In this document: piece by piece, positions 22,785 to 35,789 of the stretch
Layout of the letters: every line of letters starts with the position of its first letter
Position numbering within the stretch: position 1 is the stretch's first letter
Assembly: GCA_964106645.2 (NCBI GenBank)
Contig: OZ067047.1
Strand: one strand, 5' to 3'
DNA length: 64,000 nt
From: Podarcis pityusensis
Taxonomy: Eukaryota
Translations under genes and position numbers: made by a program
The notes under the pieces: generated by a model
The model's database searches: none
Told to the model about the DNA's origin: nothing
The model's input: only the letters and a program-made list of their open reading frames with translations

Positions 22785-23155
22785 TACCTAATCTGTAAAT
22801 TCACCAATGAATTTACTAGAAGCAATGCAGCTAGTAAGGCTGATCTTTATTAAAGGAAATAAACTGTTGCAACAAGGTCCCCACTCACCACACGCAGGAG
22901 GGAGAACCCCAAACAATGCTGTTCAAGCCCCTATATACAGTAGACTTTTGAAATTGCCCACCCTGTAGCCCAAGACACACCTGCATTCCTGGGTCCCACT
23001 AATCAGACACACAGGAGCCGAGAGGAGAGAATCCAAAGTTCCTTTATTTTGCTGCACAGCAAAGTGTTCCAGCTGAGATCGCTCTCAAAAGTCTGGACCC
23101 TGGGGTGTCACCCTTAGGAGTCTTTTATAAGTTTCAGAAACAACGGAAAACATAT

Positions 23156-24117
23156 TGTTATAGGAAAATCCTTGGGCTCACTTGGATTACCAAACAAAGA
23201 CACCAGCCAGGAATATAGGGGCAAAACAGCAGCCTGTAGGCCCGGTCTTTATTTTAAAGGACTGTTACAAGAGGACTTCCACCCACCACATGGGAGAAGC
23301 ACAGAACAAAGGATTGCTCCCACTTTTATAAGTTTTACAAAGATACCTACAACACACCTAAATTTACATCATGCATACATCACAAATGCATCACAAACTG
23401 AGCATCGGGTTTGTCCCCATCCTTCCCTTGACCTCCACCTCACACCCATCAAGTAAGACAAAATAAATATTTACAAGTTCCTGGTTTCCCAGGCCAAGTT
23501 AATCACACCTCTTTGTCCCAACCAAGAACCTAATCCATTCCTGGATGGTTTGCCATTGTCCATGGGATGACTGCCTGTCTGACACCCATTGCCAGGATGC
23601 CAGTGATTACCTTTCCTGCAAGGGGCTGCTGTGTACAGACTCCCCCCTTTCCTAAGCCATTCCTTTCCTGAACAGAACAAAGTTGGAATGGTGCAAATCC
23701 ATACCGGAGCGATTTTATATGGCTTTCTAAAGTTTTCCCAGTGAACCAGTAGGTAGATACATTTATCAGTGAATTTGGTAATGTGCAGCAGAGGCCCTTT
23801 GGATAAAGATAGGAAAAACTGTGGTTAAGTGTTTTGTGGCGACATTTGCCAAAGTGATTGTGTTGATTTTGGTCAGGGGTTGGCAAGGTTTACCTTGCCT
23901 GGGCCAGTTCACTCCCGCAGAGATCGCTCCGTGGGCGCAGACGCAATTTTCAGTGCCGCGGAAGCAAGTCCCCGCTCCGTGCTGCACCAGTTTAGCGCAG
24001 CGCACAGGGACTCATCGCGTGGGCAGCTTGGTTCGCCGACCCCTGATTTTGGTAGTCGGGGTGTGTGTGTATGGTATCTGCTGGAGGGGCAACCCCCCAA
24101 CCTTTACATAAACTACA
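23156..24117 (-). mobile_element. Solo LTR 3 nested in LTR 2
   Basis: TGT...ACA ends, TSD ATAT, minus-strand AATAAA ~23250 and TATA ~23327. Confidence 0.7.
23874..24045. mobile_element. hAT MITE nested in LTR 3
   Basis: TIR CAGGGGTTGGC/GCCGACCCCTG, 8-bp TSD ATTTTGGT; related to the 53520 element. Confidence 0.9.
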
Positions 24118-24325
24118 ATATAAAACCAATCACAAATCCCCAAATCCCTCATTGTCTTATTTGGAAGCGAAGCAAGCACCCTGATACTGTTCAAAACTTA
24201 TACTTGCGTGGCTGTGGCTGTGACTGCGACCCTTCAATTCTGCTGACAGCTCATTTAACTTGTTTACTTCAGCTTATTTACTGTGCCTCCGCATCCCATA
24301 GCCTTAATACTGCTCTTTGCTAATA

Positions 24326-24551
24326 CAGTGGTACCTCAGGTTACATACGCTTCAGGTTACATACTCCGCTAACCCAGAAATAGTGCTTCAGGTTAAGAAC
24401 TTTGCTTCAGGATGAGAACAGAAATCGTGCTCTGGCAGCACGGCGGCAGCAGGAGGCCCCATTAGCTAAAGTGGTGCTTCAGGTTAAGAACAGTTTCAGG
24501 TTAAGTATGGACCTCCGGAACGAATTAAGTACTTAACCCAAGGTACCACTG
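24326..24551. mobile_element. Tigger-like MITE family A nested in LTR 2
   Basis: TIRs and TA TSD. Confidence 0.9.
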
Positions 24552-25613
24552 TACAGCATTGTAGACGTGGACAATGGCCCATTGGCAATTGGAAACTCCT
24601 TAGCAGGAAATGTCTGTCTGCTTTAAAATGCTATGCATTCATTTTCTCACTTTTACACTTTTGACCTCATGCTTGCAGGAGCCTTGCCAACAAGACTGTC
24701 TGTGGTATATTTGTAGATTATCTCGTCAACCAGATGTTCGTATCTTTAGCATTACATGTGGGAGATGAAAGCTGCTTGCGCTTTAATATTACAAGTATAT
24801 AGGGGGGGCATGCTGGGTCTATTACCTTTACCTGACACCCACTACCACAAGACCACCCCCCAAAACATTATACATATATCACAGAAGGAGGTGGTCTCCA
24901 GCAGAAATTTGAGAGTGTTGCTTCTCTCCTGTCTGCCAGGATACCTGATAATGCCTTACTTGATTGCATTTTCTGGGAAGCCTGACCATTCCTTCAAGAT
25001 GGTAAATACTTAGTTCCTGAATCTTTTACGCATATTGATAGTGTGCTCAGCTTAACAGATACTTGCCAGACTGTATTTGAAAACAGTGGTATAAGCCCCT
25101 ACAGTCAAAAGACAATTGGAAAGCTTTTCCCATTTACTTCCTCCTTGCAGTGAAATATTTGAGGTCAATTTGGGAGAGTCAAAATGGCTTCAGGATTGTT
25201 CTCCTGTGCTATTTAAGACGTGGTTTATATACTTCTGTATGTGTTGGCCTTGTACATTTATGAACATTTATTTTATATTTGAGACCTTAGAATTTTTGTA
25301 ACAATTGTAAAAGTCTTTGGCTATATAAAATTGACGTATGTTAGGCTGGGTGGGAGGGGTGGGGGAAACGGGCATGCTCTGTTTTGAGTGTTGTCTGCTC
25401 AGTCTTTTTGGAGAGAAATGAATACTGAGCCACTATTGCTATAGCAATAAAGACTTGAACCTTTCCACTCATTGCATTGGCGAGGAGCTGCTACTCTTCT
25501 AGACAGCCAGAATCTGCACAGACAGAATTATATATCCAGTGCTTTTTTTAAATAGAAAAAATAGGTACCGGTACTCACCATGAAGTTGTTACAGTGTGTG
25601 TCACACTTTTTAG

Positions 25614-25616
<3 letters not shown>

Positions 25617-25644
<28 letters not shown>
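25617..25644. repeat. (CA)n microsatellite
   Basis: Direct observation. Confidence 0.9.
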
Positions 25645-25646
<2 letters not shown>

Positions 25647-27134
25647 GAGGTGTCGGTACTGCGTACCATTGAGTACCCCTTGGGGGGAAAAGATAGCATT
25701 GTATATAGCAGTCCATTTAAGAATTTGCATTTGAGCTTGTTTCCCCTCCTCCCTTCCATTCCTTTTTCCTTGTATGTCGTGTCTTTATGTAAACTGCTAT
25801 GGGACCCCTTTTTTAAACTTAAGAGCTGTGTATAAATGCCTTCAATACACAAACCAAAAGCATTTGCAAAAACAATTTTTGACCCTGTAGGCTTATGCCT
25901 TATATTTGCCAGGGAATCGTTTGCCCGCGTCCCCAGGACCGAGGAAAGAACAAAAATAGTACCAGGAAAGTTTCTTCTTTGGAGAAAAGAGTTTATTGCA
26001 ATCTGTGCACAGAGACAACCAGCAGAATAGTTTCTGAAATCTGGCTGTAACTTTACTAGTCCAGCAAGCATTCTTATACCTGAAAGCATTTACCCACCTC
26101 CCAGACCTCCCCCCAAAACTTCCCCAATCAGCTGGCAAGTTTTCAACTTATTCCCTTTTAGGGCATATCTTTATTGCTGGTTAAGCACTGCTGGCTAAGC
26201 ACTCCCTCCCCTCTCCTTCGTACACGTGTCTTTTCTTATCTTGCATTACTAAAGCAGAAGCGCAAGGCAGGAAACAAACAGCTAACAGCAGCAGTTTCAG
26301 CTAGCTGGCTAGGCAGGAAACGACCTCCTGACCTGTCTGATTTATATTTTGCAAGCAACTGCAGCCTTGAGCTGTTTAACCACAATAGCAGAAGTAAGCT
26401 TAGTGCAGGAATTTACTATGTGCAGATAATATTAATGATTAACCCTTCCCCTCTTCCTTCAACCCTACCAAGCTTAGTGCTTGTCAAATTGTGCTGCATT
26501 TGACTTTATTATTTCATTTTTATTCCATCCGTTCCCCAAGGAGCATAAGGTTCTTTCCCCTCCCTATCTTTCTATGCACAATCAACCTGCAAGGTAGGTT
26601 TGACTGAGGAATAGTGACTGGCCCAAGGTGGGGATTTGAACCCATGTCGTCCTGGTTCTAGGTACAGCTTGCTTATCCACTAATTACAGCTGTGGGAAAC
26701 CTCATGTCAGAGGCTAAATGTGCCCCTCCAAGCCTTTATCTCTGGCCCTTGGGACTCTGCCCAGGCTGCACCCCTCACAAATCTTGTTTCACAGTCTTCT
26801 TGGGTGTTTTTGTCTACCTAGAAGTGTCCTTGGGCTCTGATATGCCTCTGGGTTGCCTGGGTGGTGACAGAAAGGTATGTGTGTGTGTGTACAAACTAGC
26901 CAGCCCACTCTACAAAGATATCATTTCCATTTGTTGCTCTGTCCATTTTTGCCAGCACTAGCATGTGGCTCCCATAAAATGGTCCAGAAGAGAATGCAGC
27001 CCTTGAGCTGAAAAAGTTCCCCCACTCTGGATTACACCATACTGGTGTAGCACAAAGAATCCTTTGTAACATCTGCATTGTATTTGCATTGTTGAACTAT
27101 TACAGAAAGAGAACACAAGAGAAGGAAAGACTGG

Positions 27135-28154
27135 TGTTGGGTTGAAATAAGCGACAGACGAATGGCAAGGTGTCATACTGAAGGGAGAGGGAAGGGTTAA
27201 CCCCTCCATGTACTAGGGCCCCAGCTAACAGCTATTCCAGTTATGCCAGTTAACAGCTGCTCCAGTTATGGCTGCACAGTTGCTTCAGCTATGTTTAGGC
27301 CAGCTATGTAGGCCAGCAGTGGTTTCCTGCCTGGCTTCCTGCTTCAGTTATGCTAGGTACGCAAACATATAGAATGCAAGCAAGCAATATATAGAAGGGG
27401 GGGAAGGGGGCTTAGCTAACCTAATAAGGTAATGAATTGTATCTCTGTCTGCTGATTGGGGAGCAATTGAGGAAACAAGCTTGCAACTGGGTATAAGAAT
27501 GCTTGTAAGACACGATAGGGGGGCCGCCAGTATTTGGAAGCTATTCCGCTGGCTGCCTCTGCGCAGACTTTGCAATAAACCTTTTTCTCTGTGAAACCAC
27601 ACCCTGGTGTTGTTTAACTCCTTCACGCTCCCGGCGTGGGTACGAGGCGACTGGATCCGGACCCTGAGATCAGATATCCCAACATATCCCAACAATACGG
27701 GAGGCATCTCTCGAGCAAGTCTCGGAGAGTTCCGTTTATTGAATATTACAGCATTTGCCACATATGTGCTTATTACTGATTGGTTAACACAAGTACAAAG
27801 CAAAGGTTACATTAATCACCAGTAGATTAAAGGTTGGGAAAGGGAGCACAGAACTAGACAGGCATGAAACCTCCTAATTAAATTATAACTAGTGATTGAT
27901 TGATTATCAAGACTTAAACTATTACTAATGATTGATCATGACATGAAAGAACATAACAATCGCGTTCCTAGATGTGGTCAACTATGCATTAAGAACAGGT
28001 CAGAGTATAATGTTTTCATGAACTCAATATGAACTGAACATTCTAGGGTGATGAGGGAATGTAGAACGGTTTGTGCAGCATGTGCAGAAGAAAAGCTTAG
28101 AAGCAAGACTTCCCATCATGCCACAGTCATGTGCAGAAGCAAAGCTTCCCTTCA
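27135..28154 (-). mobile_element. Solo LTR with 6-bp TSD (ERV2-like), interrupted by another LTR
   Basis: TGAAGGG...CCCAACA on the minus strand, TSD GACTGG; homologous to 37905-38565 and ~52879-53256. Confidence 0.8.
27179..27694 (+). mobile_element. Solo LTR nested in the previous LTR
   Basis: TG...CA, TSD ATAC, TATAA ~27493, AATAAA ~27574. Confidence 0.8.
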
Positions 28155-28429
28155 GACTGGGGTTATCAGTTTTTTAAACACTGGCTCCACTTCTCTGCCT
28201 TTAACTGTAGAATGGGACGCTGAGATGGAATAGGCAAAGATTATCTCCATGCCAAGAGAAGCTTCACCTGTTGAGCTTCTGTATGCCAGGCTGCAGTTAA
28301 ATATACAGGGCAAGGATAGTTTAAAAAACAAAACAAAAATACTAGCAGAAAAAGCTTGGCTCACAAACGCAGGAGGAACGAAAAACACAATCTGAACTCG
28401 TTTTCAGAAGCTGTTAACACAGGGAAAGG

Positions 28430-28950
28430 GAAGCGGCGGCTCTCTTAAGGCGTTATTGGACTCCAACTCCCATCAGCCCCTCCCACCACGGCCACAGATG
28501 AGGCTTGATGGGACTTGTAGTCCACAATGTTCTACGTTGCCGGTGCAGCAGCTAAACAAAGCAATAACACTTCCGGTTGTTAATCGAACGCGAGGGGCAT
28601 CCCATGCGGGTAAAGGAATAGGACGAGGCACCATAGAGGTTTCGGTGAAGGAGCGGTTCCGGGATGCCCGCTGTGCTCCACCCCGCGGGTGAGGGTGTTC
28701 AAATGGAATCCGGAAATGAGGATTGTTATTATCACGCTTTCTTCTTCTTCTATTCCTCTGGCCAAGGCGGAGGGTAGCGTAGCTGCGGGTGCAACAGGGA
28801 AAGGCTTTAGCAAAAGCGGGGGGCGCTTTGTTTCTGTGAGTGCAAATTGTTGTTGAACGCGAGAGATTTTGCAAACAAAAGCCACTCTCAAGCGGCCCCC
28901 CGTTTCTCTGAAGGCGGGTTACATGCTCGGATTTGCTCAGTGCATAGTCG
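28430..28950 (+). promoter_or_regulatory. ETFBKMT: CpG-rich promoter and putative non-coding first exon of ETFBKMT
   Basis: Local CpG enrichment, ETS-type ACTTCCGG ~28569, candidate donors CGG|GTAAAG (~28609) and CGG|GTGAGG (~28688). Confidence 0.6.
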
Positions 28951-31026
28951 TGGATACCTTATTTCCTACTGGGATTGTCAGAGGGGAAAGTAATCATTGG
29001 GAGCGATCACCTGCTTCCCAGTGGAATTAACAGGTTTGTTGTATCTTGCGTTAGACCCCTACAAATGAGTGAACCTAAGTTTTCATGTACATAAATTTCA
29101 ATGTGTCTACTCTGAGTAGCTTAAGGTTGGCTACAGCCCTATGTTTCTCTGCTTACCAGGTTGTAAACCATTATATATAAGCAGAAGCCATTTTCTTAAG
29201 CTAGGAGTTAACAAAACAAACGAAAGCTTCTTGATAAAGTAGCATATTTGATATCCCCCTGGTGTTCACGTTTGACATCCTAGAGTAGATTTTCACGGAA
29301 AAAACCGCTGAAAGAATTCATGATACGACAAGACAAAAATGCAGTTCACTCAAAATTGAATGTAATTAGACTTACCCTAACACAGTTTCCAGAGATATTG
29401 CCAAATTATGAGACGATGCTATGCCATGTTTGCTCAGAAGCAAGCCTCACTCTGTTCAGTGGAGTTTACTCAGTAGTAAATGTGTTTAACCTTAGTTTGT
29501 TCCTAACAAAAAGACAAAGACTCCTGTAGCACAAAAGTCAATAACGACATAAGCTCTCATGGAGTATGTTAAAGGAAGGTGCAGCTGTTGAATTTCTGCC
29601 TGTCCAACAACAGGGAGAGCTGCAGTTGGGAGCCCTTAAAGCTCTGGCTCTTGGATATGGTCTTAAAAAGACATATGAAGCCACTCTTTTGCTGAAGGAA
29701 CATGGAGCTGGGCATTGCCTGAATGGGGTGTGTGTGTTTGTGAGTATGCTTTCTGTGGCTCCGTGGAGGAAAAGGGACAGGATGTACATGTAATAAAATA
29801 AACACATCCAAGCTTAAACAAGGGTATCAAAAGAAGACCTTGTGATTGGTCTCCCATGAGTCCTGTGGAATCAGTTCCTCTTTAAGCAGGTTATGTGGTC
29901 TCTGTTTCTACCCCCTCACTTCTGAACTCTCTTTTTCAGACAACAACAGGAAGTTTCCACCCCCGAAGTCTGTCAGGTTAACAGTGTAATCTCCTCTAAG
30001 AGCAGCTGTCAGCTAAATAGCCCATGTTGCTTGCAAGCACAGTATGACTGAGAAGCAATCTTGTGCCAAGAGGGCCTCTCGGACCCCTACACTAGAAAGG
30101 ATCCTGGGAACTGTAGTTTGTTAAGGGTGTTGAGAGTTGTTAGGAGACCCATGTTTTCCACAGAGCTGCAGTTCTCAGAATGGTTTAACAGCAAATATCT
30201 CTTGCCAGGGAGCTCTGGGAATTGTAGCTCTGTGAGGGAAACGGTTCTCGCAACAATTCTCAGCACCCTTAACAAACTGCTCTTCCCATGGGGAAGCCAT
30301 GACTTGAAAGTGGTGTGATACTGCTATAAACATATAGTGCAGAAAGGGCCCAAGATAGGTGGAAGTTATGGTTATTTATAGAGGTATAAAACTGAGAAGG
30401 GGTGACATGTGACTGGAGAAATGGAAATATAATAGTTGGGAAGGAGCGAGCCAAGTATTTATTGTATAGAGCATACAAACTATTGCAGAATAAGGAAGAA
30501 GCTCAGTGGTAGAGCACATGGTTTGCATACATAATATTTCCAAGATCCAGTCTTTGGCATCTCCTGTTAAAAGGATCTCCCATGAGCTGCCACCAGCCAG
30601 AATAAGCAAGACTGGCTGGACAATAGTCTTAATATAAGGCAGAGTTATACATTTCTAGAATAATTCAAAGAGGGTTCCTAATGCAAAATACTTAAAGTAA
30701 TAATAATAGTAACCATAGAAATCTCTGGACATGAGTAACTTTGGTCCATTAATTTCAGTGGGTCTACTCTTGAGTAGAACTTAGCTGAATACAGCCCTAA
30801 TATATGGGTTCTGTCATCCTTAGTATTAATTGATACACTCAACTAATGGCATATATACAGTGGAAATATCTGTTCTTTTGTTTTTTTAGGAATGACTTCC
30901 CACTGAGTCTGAAAGCTGTAGCTGATGAGTTTTTCTTACCAAACCCTGTCGACACTTTCCACTCTAAGGAAGCATTCCTGATGTGAGCTTAAGCTGGGGA
31001 GGAACTTGCTGAGAGCAGTAGAGGAC

Positions 31027-31346
31027 ATGATTTTCATAGGCTGGAGGCGGCTGATACGCTTATGCAGCAGACACATCTTCAGTACAAGTCTAAAGCAAAA
31101 GGATGGAAGCAGCTGTTCGCTTTGGAAGTGCTACCACCAGAAGACTTCAGGGAGTCTCCTGGATCCAGAGATGAGACTGTTTTTGGAGAAGAACACAGAA
31201 GTCATCAGCAGTGGGAACCTGACACCAGAAATAAGATTAAGACTTCTGACTCCTCGCTGTCGATTTTGGCATGACAAGGCTGCCTTATGGCCATATGGGG
31301 ACCCGTACTGGGCAATCTATTGGCCAGGAGGCCAAGGACTAGCCAG
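31027..31346 (+). CDS. ETFBKMT: ETFB lysine methyltransferase (METTL20), coding exon 1 (exon starts at 30890)
   Basis: Basic mitochondrial-transit-like N-terminus, then LDPEMRLFLEKNTEV...DPYWAIYWPGGQGLAR; donor AG|GTATAA. Confidence 0.95.
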
Positions 31347-31413
31347 GTATAAAACACTTATCAACCCTAGAAGGCATACATGCCACATGTTCACCCTGAC
31401 TTAGGTTTACTAG

Positions 31414-32137
31414 TGTTATGGAAATAGGGTTTGCTAACGCGGGTGGCCTTCTGCCAATCAGAAGGTCGGTGGTTTGAATCTCCGCGACAGGAGTGAGCTC
31501 CTGTTGCTCGGTCCCAGCTCCTGCCAACCTAGCAGTTTGAAAGCACGCCAAAAGTGCAAGTAGATAAATAGGTACCGCTCCGACGGGACAGTAAACAGCA
31601 TTTCCGTGCGCTGCTTTGGTTTGCCAGAAGTGGCTTAGTCATGCTGGCCACATGACCCGGAAGCTGTCTGCGGACAAAAACAGGCTCCCTTGGGCCAGTA
31701 AAGCAAGATGAGCGCCGCAACCACAGAGTCGGCCGCAACTGGACTTAATGGTCAGGGGTACCTTTACCTTTAAGTGGGAGGTCAATCAACCAGACAAGAA
31801 TCAGCTACGAAACTCTTTATTCCTGAACAGGAAGGGTGTGCCCTGCACCTACTGGTTGCAGAGGCAGACCCCAAACACATATAACACATAGCCTTTTATG
31901 CATTGAAGTAAACAACTCCTAAAACATCATCAGCTGTATGTTAGTCTTTGAGTTAGTCTGCAGAATTGCCTTATCTGTTCAGACAGTTAGCTTTCTATAA
32001 ATGTTTCATGTCTTCCATGGCTCTTTTATTGTGTTCTTAGTTGTTTTCCTTTTAACTTGCACCTTCTGCATTTCTCAATGCCCTTTTCCTTACATCCATC
32101 TTCTGCTTGATTTGCGACGTATGCATTCCTTATACCA
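31414..32137 (-). mobile_element. Solo LTR in an ETFBKMT intron, containing a SINE
   Basis: TG...CA with TSD CTAG; minus-strand AATAAA ~31818. Confidence 0.7.
31437..31771 (+). mobile_element. Sauria (Squam1/POM-type) SINE
   Basis: tRNA-like head, conserved body, ACCTTT tail. Confidence 0.88.
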
Positions 32138-32230
32138 CTAGCTAATTCATATTCAGTGCTAGGCTAATGCAATAGACTTTGCTACAAATGTGTGTTTTTT
32201 TACTGTTCTTGTTTTTCAAAATATACTCAG

Positions 32231-32361
32231 ATACCTTCTTGATAACCCCGAGGTTGTCAGAGAGAAGAGAGTCCTCGATCTTGGAAGCGGTTGTGGAGCA
32301 ACAGCCATAGCAGCCATGATGAGCGGAGCCTCGCATGTTGTTGCCAACGACATTGATCCTG
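32231..32361 (+). CDS. ETFBKMT: ETFBKMT coding exon 2
   Basis: YLLDNPEVVREKRVLDLGSGCG (SAM motif I)...ANDIDP; AG/GT boundaries, 131 nt. Confidence 0.95.
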
Positions 32362-32774
32362 GTAAGATGCTCCATTGCACGTGCAGTGCAGTCAGTCTCA
32401 GTGCATTGGGAAGAAGGGAGGACCATATGCGGCTCCAGCATGTTCCAAGGTAACATGATAGACAAAGAAGCCTTTGAAAGAACTGAGCATGTCCCATAGC
32501 CATTGAGGCATCAATGCCATCAAGGCAGGGCTACTTGATAGTGAAACAGTCAACACAGCAGTGATGATCTTCCAGCTTTGTTAAAATGAGATACCCGTTT
32601 TGCAGAAGAGAAATGGTGTAGAACAGGCGTTAATTCACCCTCTCTTAAAGACATCCAGGATGAGCAGTTTCCCCTTGTCTGTCTGAAGGATAAAGAACCC
32701 TACACTGACATATGTCTTCATTTTGGCTGACTTCCCCAAAGTAGCTGGCGTTCTTTTATAACTCCTCAAGATAA

Positions 32775-32968
32775 AAGGTAAAAAAGGTAAGACCCCCCCC
32801 CCCAGATGGTTAAGTCCAGTCAAAAGCGACTATGGGGTTGCGATGCCCATCTTGCTTTCAAGCTGAGGGAGCCAGCGTTTGTCCACAGACAGCTTTCCGG
32901 GTCATGTGACCAGCATGACTAAACCACTTCTGGCGCAACGGAACACCGTGACAGAAACCAGAGTGCAT
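32775..32968 (-). mobile_element. Sauria SINE, 3' part
   Basis: AAAGGT tail and body homologous to the 31437 and 46917 copies. Confidence 0.75.
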
Positions 32969-34709
32969 GTGTTTTTGTGTTTCTATACCTCCTAGATCAG
33001 GAAATCTGCTTGCTTTTCACTATTTGTTCCAACCACAGACTGTGTGGTTCTAACCACCACAACATCTGGCAAGTTATTTACTTTGTCTTCACTTCCTTTC
33101 CTTTACTCACTGGAAAATGTTGCCCTAGATTTAGAGAAGTCACATGACTCACTCAGGCTAAGCTTGCAAACTTTGGTGGGGGGAGAAAAACCAGTGTGGA
33201 AAAAGCAAAACACACAGTGTTCTCGCAAGGCAGAAAGCAAATGTAAAGAGAAACATAGTAATCTTTTTATATGAGCAAAGTCAGAGATTGGTTTGGGGCT
33301 GAGCCACAATTGAAGCCAAATCTCATAGTGTTGTCTAGTGGTTGGAGGGCACATAGCCCTCAATATGAACACACTTCAGGAAGTAGAAAATGATCTTCAA
33401 CGGGTTGTAGATTCCACCCTGAACAGCTAGATAAGATACTCACCAGAGCATATTCAAAGGACAACGAAAGACAGCTGTTTTGGTCCATTCAAAACACTAA
33501 AGAGATTTGAACTTTCCCCCAACCATCAGCCCCGACTTGGGGCCATTAACCATTAAACCTGCCTTACAGAATGAATAACCAGCCTGTTACCCAGTTTAGG
33601 ATCCAATATAAATAACCAATATAAGAAATACAACACAAATTCCACAATTGAAACCAAACAATACTACTATGGCTAATCGTCATCATAAACATCATTATTC
33701 CACATTTAAAATAACATAATTAAAGAGAATTCTCAAAACAATGTGCTTAAAACAACTAAGAAGCACAAAAACAAATCATATGCAAAAAATTGAAATATAT
33801 GAAAATGCATCATAATTGCAATATATCATGTTGCAGTCTTACACAGAACACATACCTCAATTGTTTACTCTGCAAAACACTATTTTTGCTCTCTGTTGGG
33901 GGCCCCTTCCTCTTTCACATATCACGTTCTTATCCTGTAGCTAATGAAACATCTGGGCTCCATTGGCATTCTAATTCCACCCACACAGTTCCAAGTCCTT
34001 TGATTCCTGTCCTGCAGTTAGTGCCGAGCCACCCAGATGCTGCAGAAGCAGTGGATGCTATTTCTTCTCACATATTCTCTCAAGTAATAGAGCGCACACA
34101 TTAATATAGGTCTAGAACTTAAACATGTATCCTAACACCTAACCGACTATATCAACTATCCCACACAAGCTGAAGCCACTCTAGATTGGTGATCAAGCTA
34201 GCTAATGGATGAGGGTCTTACCCGGAATCAGGGATATAGATGCTGCTGTTCTCAGTGGCATGAACTCTGGTCTGATGGAGAAAGGTCTCCCTGCATAAGC
34301 TAATATTGTGGTTTATATAGGATTTTGTCTAGCGGTCCATGCCGACTTTGGTGTAGGGTTGAGTCAGGTGGTCAGTCAATACACTCAGTTATGTAAATGA
34401 TGCGACTTGAGCAGCCTTCACCAATCTGGTACCCTCCAGATGTTTTGGACTACAACTCCCATCATTCCCAGACAGAGTACAAAATGTAAGGGACGCACCA
34501 GGGACTTGAATGTGATCAGCCCATGAACTCTGTCCCTAGCAATACTCTGCCCATAGAGACTATAAGATAGCTTGTTAAAAACAATTCTGGCAAGGAAAGT
34601 CTTGCCCAACAAAGGATCCGAAAGACTAGAAAGTTGACCAGTCCAGGTGGTGTTACCAACTCAAAAATTTGGGCACTGATCTTTTCTTGTTTGTTTCCTT
34701 ATTTCTCAG

Positions 34710-35053
34710 TTGCAGGAGCTGCCATGCTGCTGAACTGTGAATTGAACAACCTGAATCCTTTCCATGTTCTCACAGAGAACCTCATTGGTACAGAAGTAGA
34801 CAACTGGGATCTTATTATCCTAGGGGACATGTTTTACAGTGAAGCTCTTGCAGACAGCCTTCATCAGTGGCTGAAAAACCACATCCAGACTCATAGGACT
34901 AAAGTGTTAATTGGAGACCCCGGCAGGCCCTATTTTGTGTGCCACAAAATTCAGAAGCAGCTTCTCAAAGTCAGCGAGTATGACCTCACCAAATCAACGC
35001 AACAAGAGAACAATGGGTCTACCAGTACTGTGGTTTGGCACTACCAGCCTTGA
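34710..35053 (+). CDS. ETFBKMT: ETFBKMT coding exon 3 (last); total 264 aa
   Basis: GDMFY, LIGDPGR, VWHYQP*; exon phases join in frame; AATAAA at 35272. Confidence 0.95.
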
Positions 35054-35789
35054 CTCTCCATGGACCTCAAGTGCAGAAATACTGGACTATATTGCATGTC
35101 ACTTGAACTACTAAAAGCCCCATTTTGTGGCAGTTCAAATTCTGACTGGTGCCAATACATACTATACTGCCTATATGCATTCTATCAGCGTGCATACATT
35201 CTATATATTTCAATGACACAGCATGGTTTGTACCAGCTGAAGGTGGCATTTGTGCAGACTGGGACAGGCGTAATAAAAGAAAGCACTTTGCCTTATAATT
35301 CCCACTTTATTCAATGCAAATTATGTGTGCATGCCAGTATGTGGCTGAGTTTTATTCTTTAGAAACATAAAGGAAAAAACTTTTCAATGAAGTCTTTTAC
35401 TTGCAAAGGATGCGTGTATCAGTAGTTGCTGATGTTGATTAAAAATGTAAAATCCTATCTCCCTTGTAAAAATTTGATAAACCACCTCTTTGTGGCAGCT
35501 CACATGGAGCTTTGGTTACATTGGAAACTGCAAACAGATGTACTATCTGCAAGTGGTATGTGTTGTGTCCCACAGGCCTAAATGCAGATCTTGGGTGAGC
35601 GGTTTACTGAGACCTCGAAAGACCCACTTGCAGGGATTCCAAATGATCAATTGTAAAGCTTTATTATAGAAAACTTACAACACAATACAGATTCTTGCTG
35701 ATACAACTCAGGACAGATTCCGCATACATGGGGCAGGAGGTTTAAATTTTAATCTCCAGATTTAATCCTCAATCCATCTCCTACACTGT

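Larger units (their letters stand above)
22977..24849 (-). mobile_element. Solo LTR 2 nested in LTR 1
   Basis: 4-bp TSD AGAC (22973-76 / 24850-53); minus-strand AATAAA ~23045 and TATA ~23126; left TG terminus missing. Confidence 0.6.
22794..25303 (-). mobile_element. Solo LTR 1 (outer layer of an LTR nest; outer boundaries uncertain)
   Basis: Minus-strand AATAAA (~22848) and TATA (~22933); sequence resumes after the AGAC duplication at 24850; own TSD not resolved. Confidence 0.5.
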
